From assembly GCA_963828525.1 (NCBI GenBank), contig CAWHEP010000009.1, positions 224,001 through 288,000 of the forward strand: a stretch of DNA of 64,000 bases. Reading direction: 5' to 3'. This stretch comes from an uncultured Verrucomicrobiae bacterium. GTDB taxonomy: Bacteria > Verrucomicrobiota > Verrucomicrobiia > Chthoniobacterales > Chthoniobacteraceae. Within the stretch, counting starts at the first letter, position 1. Every line of letters begins with the position of its first letter. The notes under the pieces were generated by a model. The model ran no database searches. It was not told the origin of the DNA and worked only from the letters and a program-made list of their open reading frames with translations. Positions 47,875 to 59,129 of the stretch are shown here, in pieces. The position numbers were made by a program, and so were the translations under genes.

Positions 47875-48699
47875 CTAAATATCCGCCGCGAACGAGATCA
47901 GCCGACGATACTCAGACAAGATTGCCCGCGCGGCCAGAACGAATGCCCGTCTCTGCAAGGAGAGACAAACATTTTGCGGCGTTTCCAGAATGATCTCAAA
48001 TGGCTCAGGCTGCGAACCCGGTGGGGCGCAGAGAATTCCGTCGTAGGCGGAATGTATAATTCCATTCACCGCGTGGAACCCATCGATCTCGTCCCGCTGG
48101 TTGCGAGGCAGCGCGTCTTCCGCTGCCGCAAGAGCAGGCTTCAACAGGTGTTCGGTAAGAGTAGCTCCTCGCACGAAACCATACATCCCGTCACTGGTAT
48201 CGTCTGAGTGAAACGCGATGATCCCGTCGAAACGCTGCGCGCGCAGTTCTTTCTCCAAAAGCAGTACTTCTGGCTGGGCGGAGTTTTTCCAGAACTCGCG
48301 GTTCAGATCCACACCGGAGCGAGAACAGCGGGTGCCTTCGGCATATCCGGTAGGATTGCAGACAGGGTAAATCCAGATTTCATAATCGCGGCCCAAGTCG
48401 GGGTTTTCGTCCAGTACCCTCACCAAATCCACAAGCGCAAACGCTCCCGCGGGTTCATCTCCATGAATGCAGGCGAACATGCCAACTTTGATTCGACGCT
48501 TCACTTCCGAAGTGCGCTGGAATCGAAAACGGGGCAGCCAGAATCTTTCTTCAGCGATCCTCCAAAAGCCGAGAGAATCCGCTCGCAGCGCTTCCGATTC
48601 CCCGACCCGGAGAAAGATCGGAAGGAGCAGTTCCTTGATGGCAAGCCTCTGCTCGCCGGCGGTATCCGCAAGCAACGGCCGATCTGAAATTTGGGTCAC
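47875..48699 (-). CDS. M14-type metallocarboxypeptidase / succinylglutamate desuccinylase family
   Basis: IHGDEPAG, PVCNPTG, DLNREF, AFHSDD, LETP. Confidence 0.88.
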   Translation of the reverse strand: MTQISDRPLLADTAGEQRLAIKELLLPIFLRVGESEALRADSLGFWRIAEERFWLPRFRFQRTSEVKRRIKVGMFACIHGDEPAGAFALVDLVRVLDENPDLGRDYEIWIYPVCNPTGYAEGTRCSRSGVDLNREFWKNSAQPEVLLLEKELRAQRFDGIIAFHSDDTSDGMYGFVRGATLTEHLLKPALAAAEDALPRNQRDEIDGFHAVNGIIHSAYDGILCAPPGSQPEPFEIILETPQNVCLSLQRRAFVLAARAILSEYRRLISFAADI

Positions 48700-48891
48700 G
48701 CCTATACCATACTATACCACTAGAGGATTAATCAACCCAGAAGCTCCTGACGCGCTGATTTCCAGCCTTCGCGATTGACGTCAACCCGCTCAAGCCCTTA
48801 GCGTCCGGGCAATCACTCACATCCATCGCCGTTCTTTGAAAGCTTCGATGGATGGGCGGAGTGTCAGGACTTAACCAACACAAAGTAATAT

Positions 48892-49386
48892 ATGGCACTA
48901 TCGATCGGCGAAAAAGCACCGGATTTCACCTTGCCAACGAAGACCTCTGAAGGTCCTAAACAGGTGAGACTCAGCGATCAGTTTGGATCAAAAAACACGC
49001 TCCTTCTGTTTTTCCCGATGGCATTCACCGGGGTATGCACTCAGGAAATGTGCGAGATCACGCTGGGTTTGAATGAATACAAGCAGCTAAGCGCTCAAGT
49101 GTACGGGATCAGCGGGGATAATCCTTTCGCTCAGGAGGCGTGGGCGCAAAAAGAGAGCATTGGAGTTGAGCTTTTGAGCGATTACGAACATCAAGTCGCA
49201 AAGGCCTACGGCGTGGCGTACGAGTCTTTCCTTCCGCAGATCAATCTTGGGATGGGCGGGGTGCCAAAGCGCTCCGCGTTTGTAATCGATAAACAAGGCG
49301 TGATCCAGTACAGCGAAAGCAGCGACGACGCCGCGAAATTGCCTGACTTCGAGAAAATCAAATCGGCGCTTGGCAAGCTTTCCTGA
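48892..49386 (+). CDS. Peroxiredoxin (AhpC/TSA, AhpE-like)
   Basis: GEKAPDFTL, FFPMAFTGVCTQEMC, LLSDY, RSAFVIDKQG. Confidence 0.92.
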   Translation: MALSIGEKAPDFTLPTKTSEGPKQVRLSDQFGSKNTLLLFFPMAFTGVCTQEMCEITLGLNEYKQLSAQVYGISGDNPFAQEAWAQKESIGVELLSDYEHQVAKAYGVAYESFLPQINLGMGGVPKRSAFVIDKQGVIQYSESSDDAAKLPDFEKIKSALGKLS

Positions 49387-49414
49387 CTGAGTGTTAAGCG
49401 GAGGGGTTAAGCTT

Positions 49415-52216
49415 ATGAACGATAAGTTTGGGACACTGAAGCAGTTCGGAATCGGCAATGGCAAACTGGCCTTTTTCCATTCCCTTCCCGCGTTAGAATC
49501 GGCGGGACTTGGCAGGATATCGCGCCTTCCTGTCAGCATCCGCATTGTTCTCGAATCCGTCCTGCGCAACTGCGATGGCAAGAAGGTTGTAGACGAGGAT
49601 GTGCGTACCCTGGCGAACTGGGACGCGAAGAAACCCGCGAATGAAGAAATACCCTTCGTCGTGGCGCGGATTGTCCTTCAAGACTTCACTGGAGTTCCCC
49701 TCCTGGTCGACCTGGCAGCGATGCGGAGCGCAGTCGCGGCAGCGGGAGGCGATCCCAAGATCATTGAGCCCTTGGTGCCGGTGGATCTTGTGGTTGACCA
49801 TTCTGTGCAAGTCGACTTTGCGGGATCAGCCGACGCGCTGCGGCTGAATCTGGACATGGAGTTCCGGCGAAACGCCGAGCGATACCAATTTCTTAAGTGG
49901 GGCCAGCAGGCGTTCAAGACATTCGGCGTGGTTCCTCCTGGCATCGGCATCGTTCACCAGGTGAATCTTGAATACCTAGCCCGGGGAGTACTCAGCGCCC
50001 CCGCAAACGGACAATTCCTCTACTATCCGGATACCCTCGTTGGCACCGATTCACATACGACGATGATTAATGGTTTGGGAATCGTCGGATGGGGCGTTGG
50101 CGGGATCGAAGCGGAAGCGGGCATGCTCGGGCAACCCGTCTATTTTCTCACGCCCGAGGTGGTGGGCGTTCATATGATTGGCACATTGCGCGAGGGCGTT
50201 ACAGCGACGGATCTCGCGCTGCACGTCACGCAGATGCTTCGGGCGCGGAAAGTCGTCGGGAAGTTTGTAGAATTCTACGGTCCGGGCGCGGCCTCCCTGC
50301 CCCTGCCGGATCGGGCGACCATCGGCAACATGGCGCCGGAGTATGGCGCGACGATGGGATATTTTCCAGTTGATCAGGAATCAGTGAATTATCTCCGGGC
50401 GACGGGACGAACCGAGGAGCAGTGCCAGGCTTTTGAGAACTACTTCAGGGCGCAGGAAATGTTCGGGATGCCAAACAAGGGTGACATTGACTACAGCGTG
50501 GATCTGGATCTGGATTTGGCGGAAGTTCAGCCCGGAGTGGCGGGGCCAAAGCGCCCGCAGGACAGAATCAACCTCCCTAATCTCAAACACAAGTTCCTGG
50601 AACTTTTGGGGAAATCGATTCCAGAAGGTGGGTATGGCAAAGCCTCGGGGGCCGCGCAACCGAGCAGCGCGCCCGGAGATTTGAAAGGCGGAACGGCGCG
50701 CAACGAACTTGAGATGGTCGCCAATCGCCCGACACCCGATGAGGTGGCCGGATCGCCCGACGATCCGCTGGCTGGAGGGAAGCCGATCGCGCACGGGAGT
50801 GTTCTCATCGCCGCAATCACAAGCTGCACTAACACCAGCAACCCTAGCGTGATGCTCGCCGCCGGCTTGCTTGCGAAGAAGGCGGTCGAGCGTGGGTTAA
50901 AGGTGGAGCGGGTTGTGAAGACGTCACTGGCGCCGGGGTCCCGGGTTGTTACTGATTATCTGGATAAAACCGGTCTGCAACCCTATCTGGATCAACTTGG
51001 TTTCAACATCGTGGGATACGGCTGCACGACCTGCATCGGGAATTCGGGACCGCTTCATCCACGCGTTGAAGAGGAGATCACGCGTCAAGACCTCATCACC
51101 GCTGCCGTTCTCTCCGGCAATCGCAACTTCGAGGCCCGCATTCATCAGAACATCAAGGCGAACTTCCTGATGTCCCCCCCGCTCGTGGTGGCGTTTGCGC
51201 TCGCGGGACGAGTTGATATCGATCTGGTCTCGGAGCCCATCGGAGAAGATAAACAAGGTCGCGCCGTTTATTTGCGCGATCTCTGGCCAACGCTGTCCGA
51301 GATCAAGGCAGCCATGGAATCGGCGCTCAAACCGGAAATCTTCAAAAAGCTTTACACTGACTTCGCCGAGCAAAATCCAAAGTGGAACGAGATAAGTTCC
51401 CCAGCGGGGGACAGCTACGCCTGGGATGCGGAGAGTAATTATATCCAGGAGCCCCCGTTTTTCACGGAATTCTCGATGCAGCCGGTTAAGCCAGGCGCGA
51501 TTCGCGGGGCGAGACCGCTAGGGATTTTCGGAGATTCGGTCACCACTGACCATATTTCGCCAGCAGGCGCGATCACGTCCCGGTCTCCTGCTGGAAAGTA
51601 CCTCATGTCCAGAGGCGTGGAGCCGGATGATTTCAATAGCTACGGCAGCCGCCGCGGTAATGACAGGGTGATGACACGCGGCACGTTCGCGAACGTGCGA
51701 ATCAAGAATTTCATGACCCCCGGGATCGAGGGGGGAGTAACCGTGCATTATCCATCTGGAGAGCAGATGCCGATCTTTGACGCATCAGAGCGTTACCAGG
51801 CCGCGGATGTTCCCCTGATCATACTGGCTGGCAGCGAGTACGGCACAGGATCAAGTCGTGACTGGGCTGCGAAAGGCACTTTACTGCTCGGAGTCAAAGC
51901 GGTGGTAGCCGCAAGTTACGAGCGGATACACCGATCGAACCTCGTGGGGATGGGCATCCTTCCGTTGCAGTTCATGGAGGGCGCCAACGCGCTGACGCTG
52001 CGCCTCACGGGCTCGGAAACGTTTGACTTCGCGGAGTTGGGTGAGAAACCGCGCCCGGGCCAAGAGGTGGTAATGACAATCCATCGAAGTGACGGCAGCG
52101 CTGAAGCGGTGAAGTTGCGCAGCCGAATCGACACTCAGATTGAGGTGGATTACTACCTGAATGGAGGCATCCTGCCATTCGTCCTCCGTGAGCTCCTGGG
52201 CGGACAGAAGAGCTAA
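49415..52216 (+). CDS. acnA: Aconitate hydratase A
   Basis: [58 protein letters not shown]. Confidence 0.97.
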   Translation: MNDKFGTLKQFGIGNGKLAFFHSLPALESAGLGRISRLPVSIRIVLESVLRNCDGKKVVDEDVRTLANWDAKKPANEEIPFVVARIVLQDFTGVPLLVDLAAMRSAVAAAGGDPKIIEPLVPVDLVVDHSVQVDFAGSADALRLNLDMEFRRNAERYQFLKWGQQAFKTFGVVPPGIGIVHQVNLEYLARGVLSAPANGQFLYYPDTLVGTDSHTTMINGLGIVGWGVGGIEAEAGMLGQPVYFLTPEVVGVHMIGTLREGVTATDLALHVTQMLRARKVVGKFVEFYGPGAASLPLPDRATIGNMAPEYGATMGYFPVDQESVNYLRATGRTEEQCQAFENYFRAQEMFGMPNKGDIDYSVDLDLDLAEVQPGVAGPKRPQDRINLPNLKHKFLELLGKSIPEGGYGKASGAAQPSSAPGDLKGGTARNELEMVANRPTPDEVAGSPDDPLAGGKPIAHGSVLIAAITSCTNTSNPSVMLAAGLLAKKAVERGLKVERVVKTSLAPGSRVVTDYLDKTGLQPYLDQLGFNIVGYGCTTCIGNSGPLHPRVEEEITRQDLITAAVLSGNRNFEARIHQNIKANFLMSPPLVVAFALAGRVDIDLVSEPIGEDKQGRAVYLRDLWPTLSEIKAAMESALKPEIFKKLYTDFAEQNPKWNEISSPAGDSYAWDAESNYIQEPPFFTEFSMQPVKPGAIRGARPLGIFGDSVTTDHISPAGAITSRSPAGKYLMSRGVEPDDFNSYGSRRGNDRVMTRGTFANVRIKNFMTPGIEGGVTVHYPSGEQMPIFDASERYQAADVPLIILAGSEYGTGSSRDWAAKGTLLLGVKAVVAASYERIHRSNLVGMGILPLQFMEGANALTLRLTGSETFDFAELGEKPRPGQEVVMTIHRSDGSAEAVKLRSRIDTQIEVDYYLNGGILPFVLRELLGGQKS

Positions 52217-52240
52217 CGGGCGGCAATGCACCGCGCAGGG

Positions 52241-55200
52241 TTAGCCCTGCACGAAGCGCTTGAGGGCTGCTTCTAGCTGGACGGGCCTCAAGGGTTTGCT
52301 GAGATAATCGTTCATGCCCGAAGCAATGCATTTCTCACGGTCACCAGCCATAGCATCCGCGGTAAGGGCGATGATATAGATGCCGTGAGCCTGGTTCTTC
52401 GCTGCCTCCCCTCGCCTAATTTCGCGAGTGGCTTCCAATCCATCCATGACGGGCATATGCATATCCATCAGAATGAGATCATATTCTCTGCTCTGCACTG
52501 CTTCCACCGCATCCTTGCCAGTGGGAACGATGTCAGTGGAATAGCCAATTTTCTTTAGCATGAGGCTCACAATCCGCTGATTCACGGGAAAATCTTCCGC
52601 GATGAGAATGCGGAGCGGGAAACTCTCTCCCAGCTTCACCGCCAAGGTGCCTTGGGGCACTCCCTCCGGGGTTGTAGTAGGTTTTTTGAATCCTGTTCGC
52701 TTCCCATAGGACTCGTAAAATCGTGTCATGGAGGTGGGATTGCCGGGCGGGTTTATTCACGACCGCCTGAATTCCGGCTGCCCGGGCCAGCAAGTTGGCG
52801 TTCGCCATGCCAACCGGGGCGAGGAGAATGAGGGGCGTGTTGTTGCCCTCTGCCATTGACCGTATGCGAGTGCCCAATTCAATGCCATCCATCCCCGGCA
52901 TGCTCATGTCCAGAAGCGCCAGGTCGAACTTCTCTCCAGACCGCAAACGGTCCAATGCAGCCGCAGCGTCTGATGCCTCAAATGTGCTTAGCCGCCACCG
53001 ACGCAGTTGATGACACAGAGCGGCGAGATTGGCTTTGCTATCGTCCACTATCAAGACACGGATACCGTCAAGGTGAGTTTCCTTGGCTTCCTCCGCGGGC
53101 GGCTCGGCAGCGGGAGCTGAGATCTGAAAGTGGAACACGGATCCCTGGCCGGGAACGCTGTCGACAAGGATTTGGCCACCCATCAACTCCACCAGGCGTT
53201 TACAGATCGCGAGACCGAGCCCGGTCCCACCAAACTTCCGCGTGGTTGAGGAGTCGCGCCTGTGAAAACGGCTTGAATAATCTGGCAAGCCCATCGGCGG
53301 CAATTCCAATGCCGGTGTCGCGCACACTAATCCTTATGGCATCCGAACTCGCGCGCGGGCATGGCTCGACCGTCACCACCACTTCTCCAGCGGCGGTGAA
53401 CTTAACGGCGTTGCCGACAAGGTTGACCATCACCTGGCGCAGCCGGGCAGCGTCGCCACGCACCCAAACTGGCACATCGTTACGGAAGTCGCAGACCATC
53501 TCCACAGATTTGGTCGAAGCCGCTTGAGCGGTGAGACCAATCGCTTCCTCCATACACGCGCGAATATTGAAGGGCTCGTGTTCAAGTTCCAGGTGCGCGG
53601 ATTCTATCTTGGAAAAATCAAGAATGTCGTTGATGAGAAGGAGCAGCGAGTCGGCGCAGTTCCTGATATTCTCCACAAAGTCGCGCTGGAGATGGTTCAG
53701 CTTCGTATCCAGGAGGATGTTCGTGAACCCGATCACTCCATTCATAGGCGTGCGAATCTCGTGGCTCATCACCGCGAGGAAGTCGCTCTTCGCATGATTC
53801 GCCGCCTCGGCGCTCTCCTTGGCCTTCTCGAGTTCAAATTCCACGCGGCGACGCTCCGTGATATCCCGCTCCATCGCCATAAAGTTGGTGAGCTCGCCTG
53901 CCTGATCGAAAATGGGCTGCACCTCTATGGCAGACCAATACTTCTGCCCCACTTTGCTGTAATTGACGATTTCGACACTGTAGCCCCTGCCGTTTTTCAA
54001 CTGCTCGCGCATGTATGAAACGGTTTCCAAATTCGTCTCCGGCCCCTGCAACAGCCTGCCTGGGTTCTTCCCAACTGCCTCATCAAAGGAGTATCCCGTC
54101 ATTCCGTGGAAGGCTTCGTTCACCCATACGATGTTGGCATCGACATCGGTAAGGATCACCGCGTTATCCGTGCGGGAGGCAATATGAGCCAGTTTTCGCG
54201 ACTCCTCCTCCTGCCGGCGCAGTTTCTGGCCGATCTCGCGCAGCGCCGTATTCTGCTCGCTCAGCCGAGTGTTGGCGCCTTTCAATTCTGCCTCTGCTTC
54301 TTTCCGTCTGCCAATATTCTCGATAGTTCCGATCATCCGCAGAGGATGTCCCTGCTGATCCCGTTCGATGACCCGGCCGCGCGCGCAGAGCCAAACCCAG
54401 TCTCCATTCTTATGCTGCGCCCTGTGCTCGACATCAAAGATCGGCAGTTGGCCTTGATGATGCAGATCAAGAGCCGCCAGGACGAAATTCTTGTCGAAGG
54501 GATGGATGGAGTTTTTCCATGTCTCGATTGTCTGGTCCATCTCATCCAGTCGATACCCGAGTAATTCAGCCCAGTGTGTATCGTAGTAGACTCTTCCGCT
54601 GATGATGTCCCAATCCCAGAGGCCCTGTTCCGATGATCCCAGCGCCAACTGCAATCGCTCCTGGTTGAGTCGGAGGGCTTCCTCAGATTCCTTTCGCTGA
54701 GTGATGTCAGTCAGCGTTCCGGTGGTTCCCGTTATGGCATTGTTGTCATCCAGGCTCGGTTGGGCATAGACCTCGATCCAGCGAAAGCCTCCGCTCAGAG
54801 TCAGATACCGCGCTTCGAAACGGCAATCGTCCTTTTTGCGGCCCATAAGGGACTCGAACTCCAGACGGCTTCGCTCACGATCATCCAAATGAACATAATA
54901 GGAGGCGGGTTTCCCAAGACAATCCTCCACAGGGAAACGCGTAATTTCCGTCCATGAAGGATTGAGGAAAATCCATCGGCCTTCGGCGTCGGTTTGGAAG
55001 ATCGCTTCCCGCAGATTATCCACCACGGAGCGATACCGCGTCTCGCTGCGCCGAAGCGCGGAGACACCCTGCTTTTGTTCAAGCGCGATATCCAGTGCCT
55101 GCTTGCGCGACCGGGTCACCCGCCAGCCGACCATCATTGACATGGCGAGCGCGCCCGCGACCGCCGAGAATACTCCTTTGCGCAGTCCTCCAATTCTCGC

Positions 55201-55782
55201 GTCCAAGTCGTCCGCGGAAAGATCGACGCCGACAACGCCGACGCGATTCCCCGCTGAATCGAAGATGGGCGCAAAGGCGCGAAGAAAGGCTCCAATGTTA
55301 TCACGCACTGGCCCGGCGTCGGTGCTCACGGAACCTTCTGTGAGAGCAGAAACCATTTCACTATCCGGCTCACCGCAAATATCCATGACGGCAGAAAGTC
55401 TCGCAGGATGCTGGGGGAGCGGGCCCTGCCGATTTGTGGTGGTATCGAGGACAAAAAAGACCTCACCCTCTCTTAGAACCGCCGTGTAGAGGTTGCTTAT
55501 TTCAGGGAGCGCTTCGCGCAGCTTCAAGAGAGGGGCCAGTGCCTTGCGATAAGCCTCCCCGCCAGCCTGTGACGGCGAAGTGAGCGTCTTGTGCAAATCG
55601 CCATCCACAAGGCTGGCCGCAGTCCGGGCCAAGCGCCGCAGATCGCTTTGAACCTCGACCATCTCGTTCTGTCTGGCTTGCGTATAGACCCACCAGATGC
55701 ACGACCAGGCCGCTACGAGGATGCACGCCGCAGTGATAACCCCATCCCGAACGGGCTGAATAGAGAGGTTTGCCTTGGCCAT
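52241..55782 (-). CDS. Hybrid sensor histidine kinase: TM-periplasmic-TM, three PAS, HisKA, HATPase, two receiver domains (frameshifts near 53260 and 52680)
   Basis: [43 protein letters not shown] and [11 protein letters not shown], spread over three consecutive ORF pieces. Confidence 0.9.
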
Positions 55783-55829
55783 CGGAAGCGGGCGCGACTA
55801 CGCAAGTTCAGCAACCTGAAGCTGAGTAG

Positions 55830-56414
55830 TTACAGCGTTTGTAAGTCTGGCCATGCTCGCAGAACCTCTCCCCAATCCGGCAGCGAAGCGCCCGCGGAAG
55901 CCAGGATCACGAGAACGGGCTCGGGCCCGGACTTACCGAGGCTGAGCCGCCGAAGCGCTGTTTTCCACCAGAAGACCAAAGGACTCGAAAACTGCGATGC
56001 TCCATCTGAAAACCAATAAACGGCTTCGGCCGTGCCTTCCCCTTTGTGCAAGTGAACTTTGAGCGCGTTCCCGTTCGTCATTTGGATCACGCTACGGGAC
56101 GAGATTTCCCATCCTGCTCCGCGGAAACAGAATGACGGGTCATGGATAGCGTGACGGTTTCGAGTGCCGTCCACGACTGTGAGGATTACACATTCGCCAC
56201 GCACCATCGCCACCCGACGCACGACAGTGGTCTTGACGAAATTCATCTGCTCTGCCGGCGCGAGAGCGATATCATGAGATTCGATCCCAGGAGCAGAGCA
56301 CGGAAGGCTCGAAAGCCGCGCCGAGGCGTCGGGCAGCGGATAGAACTCCCAAACGATGCCGAAAAGAAGCCCGCAGGGGATGAATATCCAAAGGAGCTTG
56401 AGGCGCGCTGTCAT
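55830..56414 (-). CDS. Exosortase-associated EpsI-like periplasmic protein
   Basis: N-terminal TM helix, RHAIHDPSFCFRGAGWEI, AVYWF (EpsI-type H.P..C..G.GW motif). Confidence 0.75.
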   Translation of the reverse strand: MTARLKLLWIFIPCGLLFGIVWEFYPLPDASARLSSLPCSAPGIESHDIALAPAEQMNFVKTTVVRRVAMVRGECVILTVVDGTRNRHAIHDPSFCFRGAGWEISSRSVIQMTNGNALKVHLHKGEGTAEAVYWFSDGASQFSSPLVFWWKTALRRLSLGKSGPEPVLVILASAGASLPDWGEVLRAWPDLQTL

Positions 56415-56863
56415 CGTTTCATTCCGATCTGGACAAGGATTCCCGCGGCAGCGATGCCGACGCGAAGACAATTAACTGTGAATGGACCCCGAGCGCTTAG
56501 GATCCAGCCCAAAGCCGGAAGCCAGCTCGCCGCCGTGCCCAAACAGAAAATCCTAGACATCGCGCGACCTGTGGCAATACCCGCCATGGAAGCGAAGATG
56601 ACAGCAAGCCCCGCGTCCTTGATCACATTGAGATCCAGCGCTACGCCGAGGAGGGTAATACCTAGCGCCGCAGCGAGCCACACCGGACGCGGACCGGACG
56701 CATGGTAGAGAATCAGCAGAGGGAAACTCCAGATCAAAAAGGCAAGCGCGCCCATTTTGTCAAAGGGTGAGTGGATCCACGCCGTCATGATGTCCCGTGA
56801 CTCCCACGCGCAGTAGAGACACACGGCGAGTCCAGCAAGCCTGAGCTGCTGTTCCTGTTTCAT
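56411..56863 (-). CDS. Small membrane protein resembling the N-terminal half of an exosortase
   Basis: DIMTAWIHSPFDKMGALAFLIW, about 5 TM helices, no catalytic Cys/Arg/His. ATGA-coupled on both sides. Confidence 0.6.
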   Translation of the reverse strand: MKQEQQLRLAGLAVCLYCAWESRDIMTAWIHSPFDKMGALAFLIWSFPLLILYHASGPRPVWLAAALGITLLGVALDLNVIKDAGLAVIFASMAGIATGRAMSRIFCLGTAASWLPALGWILSARGPFTVNCLRVGIAAAGILVQIGMKR

Positions 56864-57696
56864 ACCGCGCGCCTTCCGGCAGCGGCGATCACACGAAATA
56901 CGCCCTGGCAAAGGAGGAACATCAAACACAGCACCAGCCAGCCACCAACCTGATGAAACCAGCCCATGGCAAAACTGGCTCCCATCGACAATCCCGCAAA
57001 GCCTAACATCACGATGCGGATTGTATTTGAGAGCCATGCTAGAGGAGCGAGGAGCGCGACCGCGATCCAGAAGCGAAATCCGGGAGGCACTTTCATGAAG
57101 ATGAGCGCGAAGCCCGCAATCAAAGTCGCCTGAAGGACGTTCATGCCGGCGCAGCCCGGTTCGATGGAGAGAGGCAAATCCTGAACCAACAGGAATGTGC
57201 CCTCGCGCTGCACATGATAGCCCAAACACGTATAGATGAACTCAGCAGCGGCGGCGCCCAAGAATCGGAACCACCAACCGATGGCCTGCCCATCCAGAGT
57301 GATCCAGGGAAACCCCAGGAACGGGAGAAGGACCAGGCGTCGCGGAGATCCCTCTGTAAACACAATGAGGAAAAGGTACAGACACCCACACCAGGCGGGC
57401 CGCAAGCAGCAGTGTCATATCCAGAACGATGCCAGCGAGCACAAGCAACAGGGCGCACGCCATTACCCGCGCGGAAAATTTCCCAGGAGTGGACCGCCAA
57501 TTCCAGGCCGTCCAAGCCAGGCATAGAGCGGCACAGCCACAAACACGGGTAGAGTCTCTTCAGCGCTGAGGATCCAGGATCGATTGCGGAGCCAGATGAA
57601 CAGCGCGAAAATTGCAAGTCCCCCAATCGCAACGTTCCGGCGCCTGGACAGATCAGAACTCGGTAAGCGAGGGGCCATGGGACGAAGCAGTAGCAT
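56860..57696 (-). CDS. Exosortase/archaeosortase family protein (frameshifted in the 5' half)
   Basis: Catalytic triad motifs IEPGCAG, SNTIRI, WFHQVGG; multiple TM helices. Confidence 0.83.
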
Positions 57697-57919
57697 CTTA
57701 CGTACCGGGCATGTGAGCTGCTGCTATCAAACTCGCAGAGGGCACCCTCGTCGTCATGGCTACAACCGCAGTTCCACGAAGCCACTTAACGCCTCCGGCC
57801 CCCCAAGCTGTTTTAAGAGCTGTCCAAAACGGCGCGGGGTGGACGCGACAGACCTCTTCGATGGATTGGGACGGGAAGGGTATGGATTCTGCTAAAGAGG
57901 ATTCTCAAATTCGCAACTC

Positions 57920-59129
57920 GTGAAACTCCTTCTCATCTATCCTTACGTCCCGTATCCGCTGAATCGGGGCAGCTACCACCGGGTGTTCAACCTGGCCAGG
58001 GAACTGGGGAAGCGTCACGAGCTGGACCTGTTCTGCCTTGACGACAGCAGTTCGGAATGTCACCGCGCGGTATTTGAGGATTTTACCAAACGGATTTGTT
58101 TTCACCCGTTTCGTAACGCCCCGTGGCCCAGTCTCTTTCCATCGAGGATCTTGAACTCGACTCCAGCGACGATCAGACACTGGTCGCAGCCCTCCGTTGC
58201 GGAAGCGATCCAGACATTCACTTCTGGGAGACATTACGACATCGTCCATTTCTGCGATCTTGTTCTCTGGCAATACGTCGCTCCGATGCCGACCGGTCCC
58301 CTCCTTGTGATGGATCGGAGCCGGGTGGACCTGCTGTTCCAAACTGAGGAAATTCAGAATTTGAAACTCAGGCTCAAGGACAAGTTTCTTAGGCGTGAAA
58401 ACATATGGAAGCTCAAGCGGTACGAAAATGAAGCGGCGGCAAAGGTGGACGCTACCGTCGTGTGCGGCCCCGACGACGAGACGTTTCTGAGGAAGGAAGT
58501 GCCAACTGCCAGGCAGATCAAGGTCACTCGCCAACGGGGTCGATGAAACTTTCTTTCACCGAGATGACTTCCCCCCAACTCCCGATGCCGATCCAACGAT
58601 CCTATTTTGCGGCGCGATGGACTACTCACCAAACGTGAATGGGCTTGCGTGGTATTTCGAGCATTGCGACGCGATTGTCCGCAAGATGCTGCCTTCGCGC
58701 CGCATCCTGATCGTGGGAAAAAACCCCGCGCCGCAGGTACGGGCGCTGGCTGAAATCGCTGGCGTCACAGTCACGGGCGAGGTGCCGGACGTTCGGCCCT
58801 ACTATCAGCAAGCATGGGTTCAGATGGTGCCGCTGTTGATCGGCGGCGGAACCCGGCTGAAGATCGTCGAGTCTCTCGCCTTGGGCACGCCCGTGGTTTC
58901 GACATCCATTGGGGCGCAGGGGCTGGCGCTGGAGAACGGGGAGCATCTGCTGCTCGCAGACGATCCGGCAGGATTCGCCGACGCCCTGCGCAAAATCCTA
59001 ACGGATACTGATCTGCGGGCAACACTTGCGGAAAGTGGACGCGCGCGCGTTCTGGAGCGTTACACGTGGGGTAAGCTCGGAGAGGAACTTTCGCATTTCT
59101 ATGAGGAGCTGCACGAGAGCCATGCTTAG
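57920..59129 (+). CDS. Glycosyltransferase family 4 (frameshift near 58530)
   Basis: PYPLNRGSYHR, GAMDYSPN, VPLLIGGGTRLKIVESLALGTPVVST. Confidence 0.87.

Noticed and set aside
50500..50520. GATCTG tandem repeat in acnA
   Set aside because: It simply encodes DLDLDL within a conserved enzyme.
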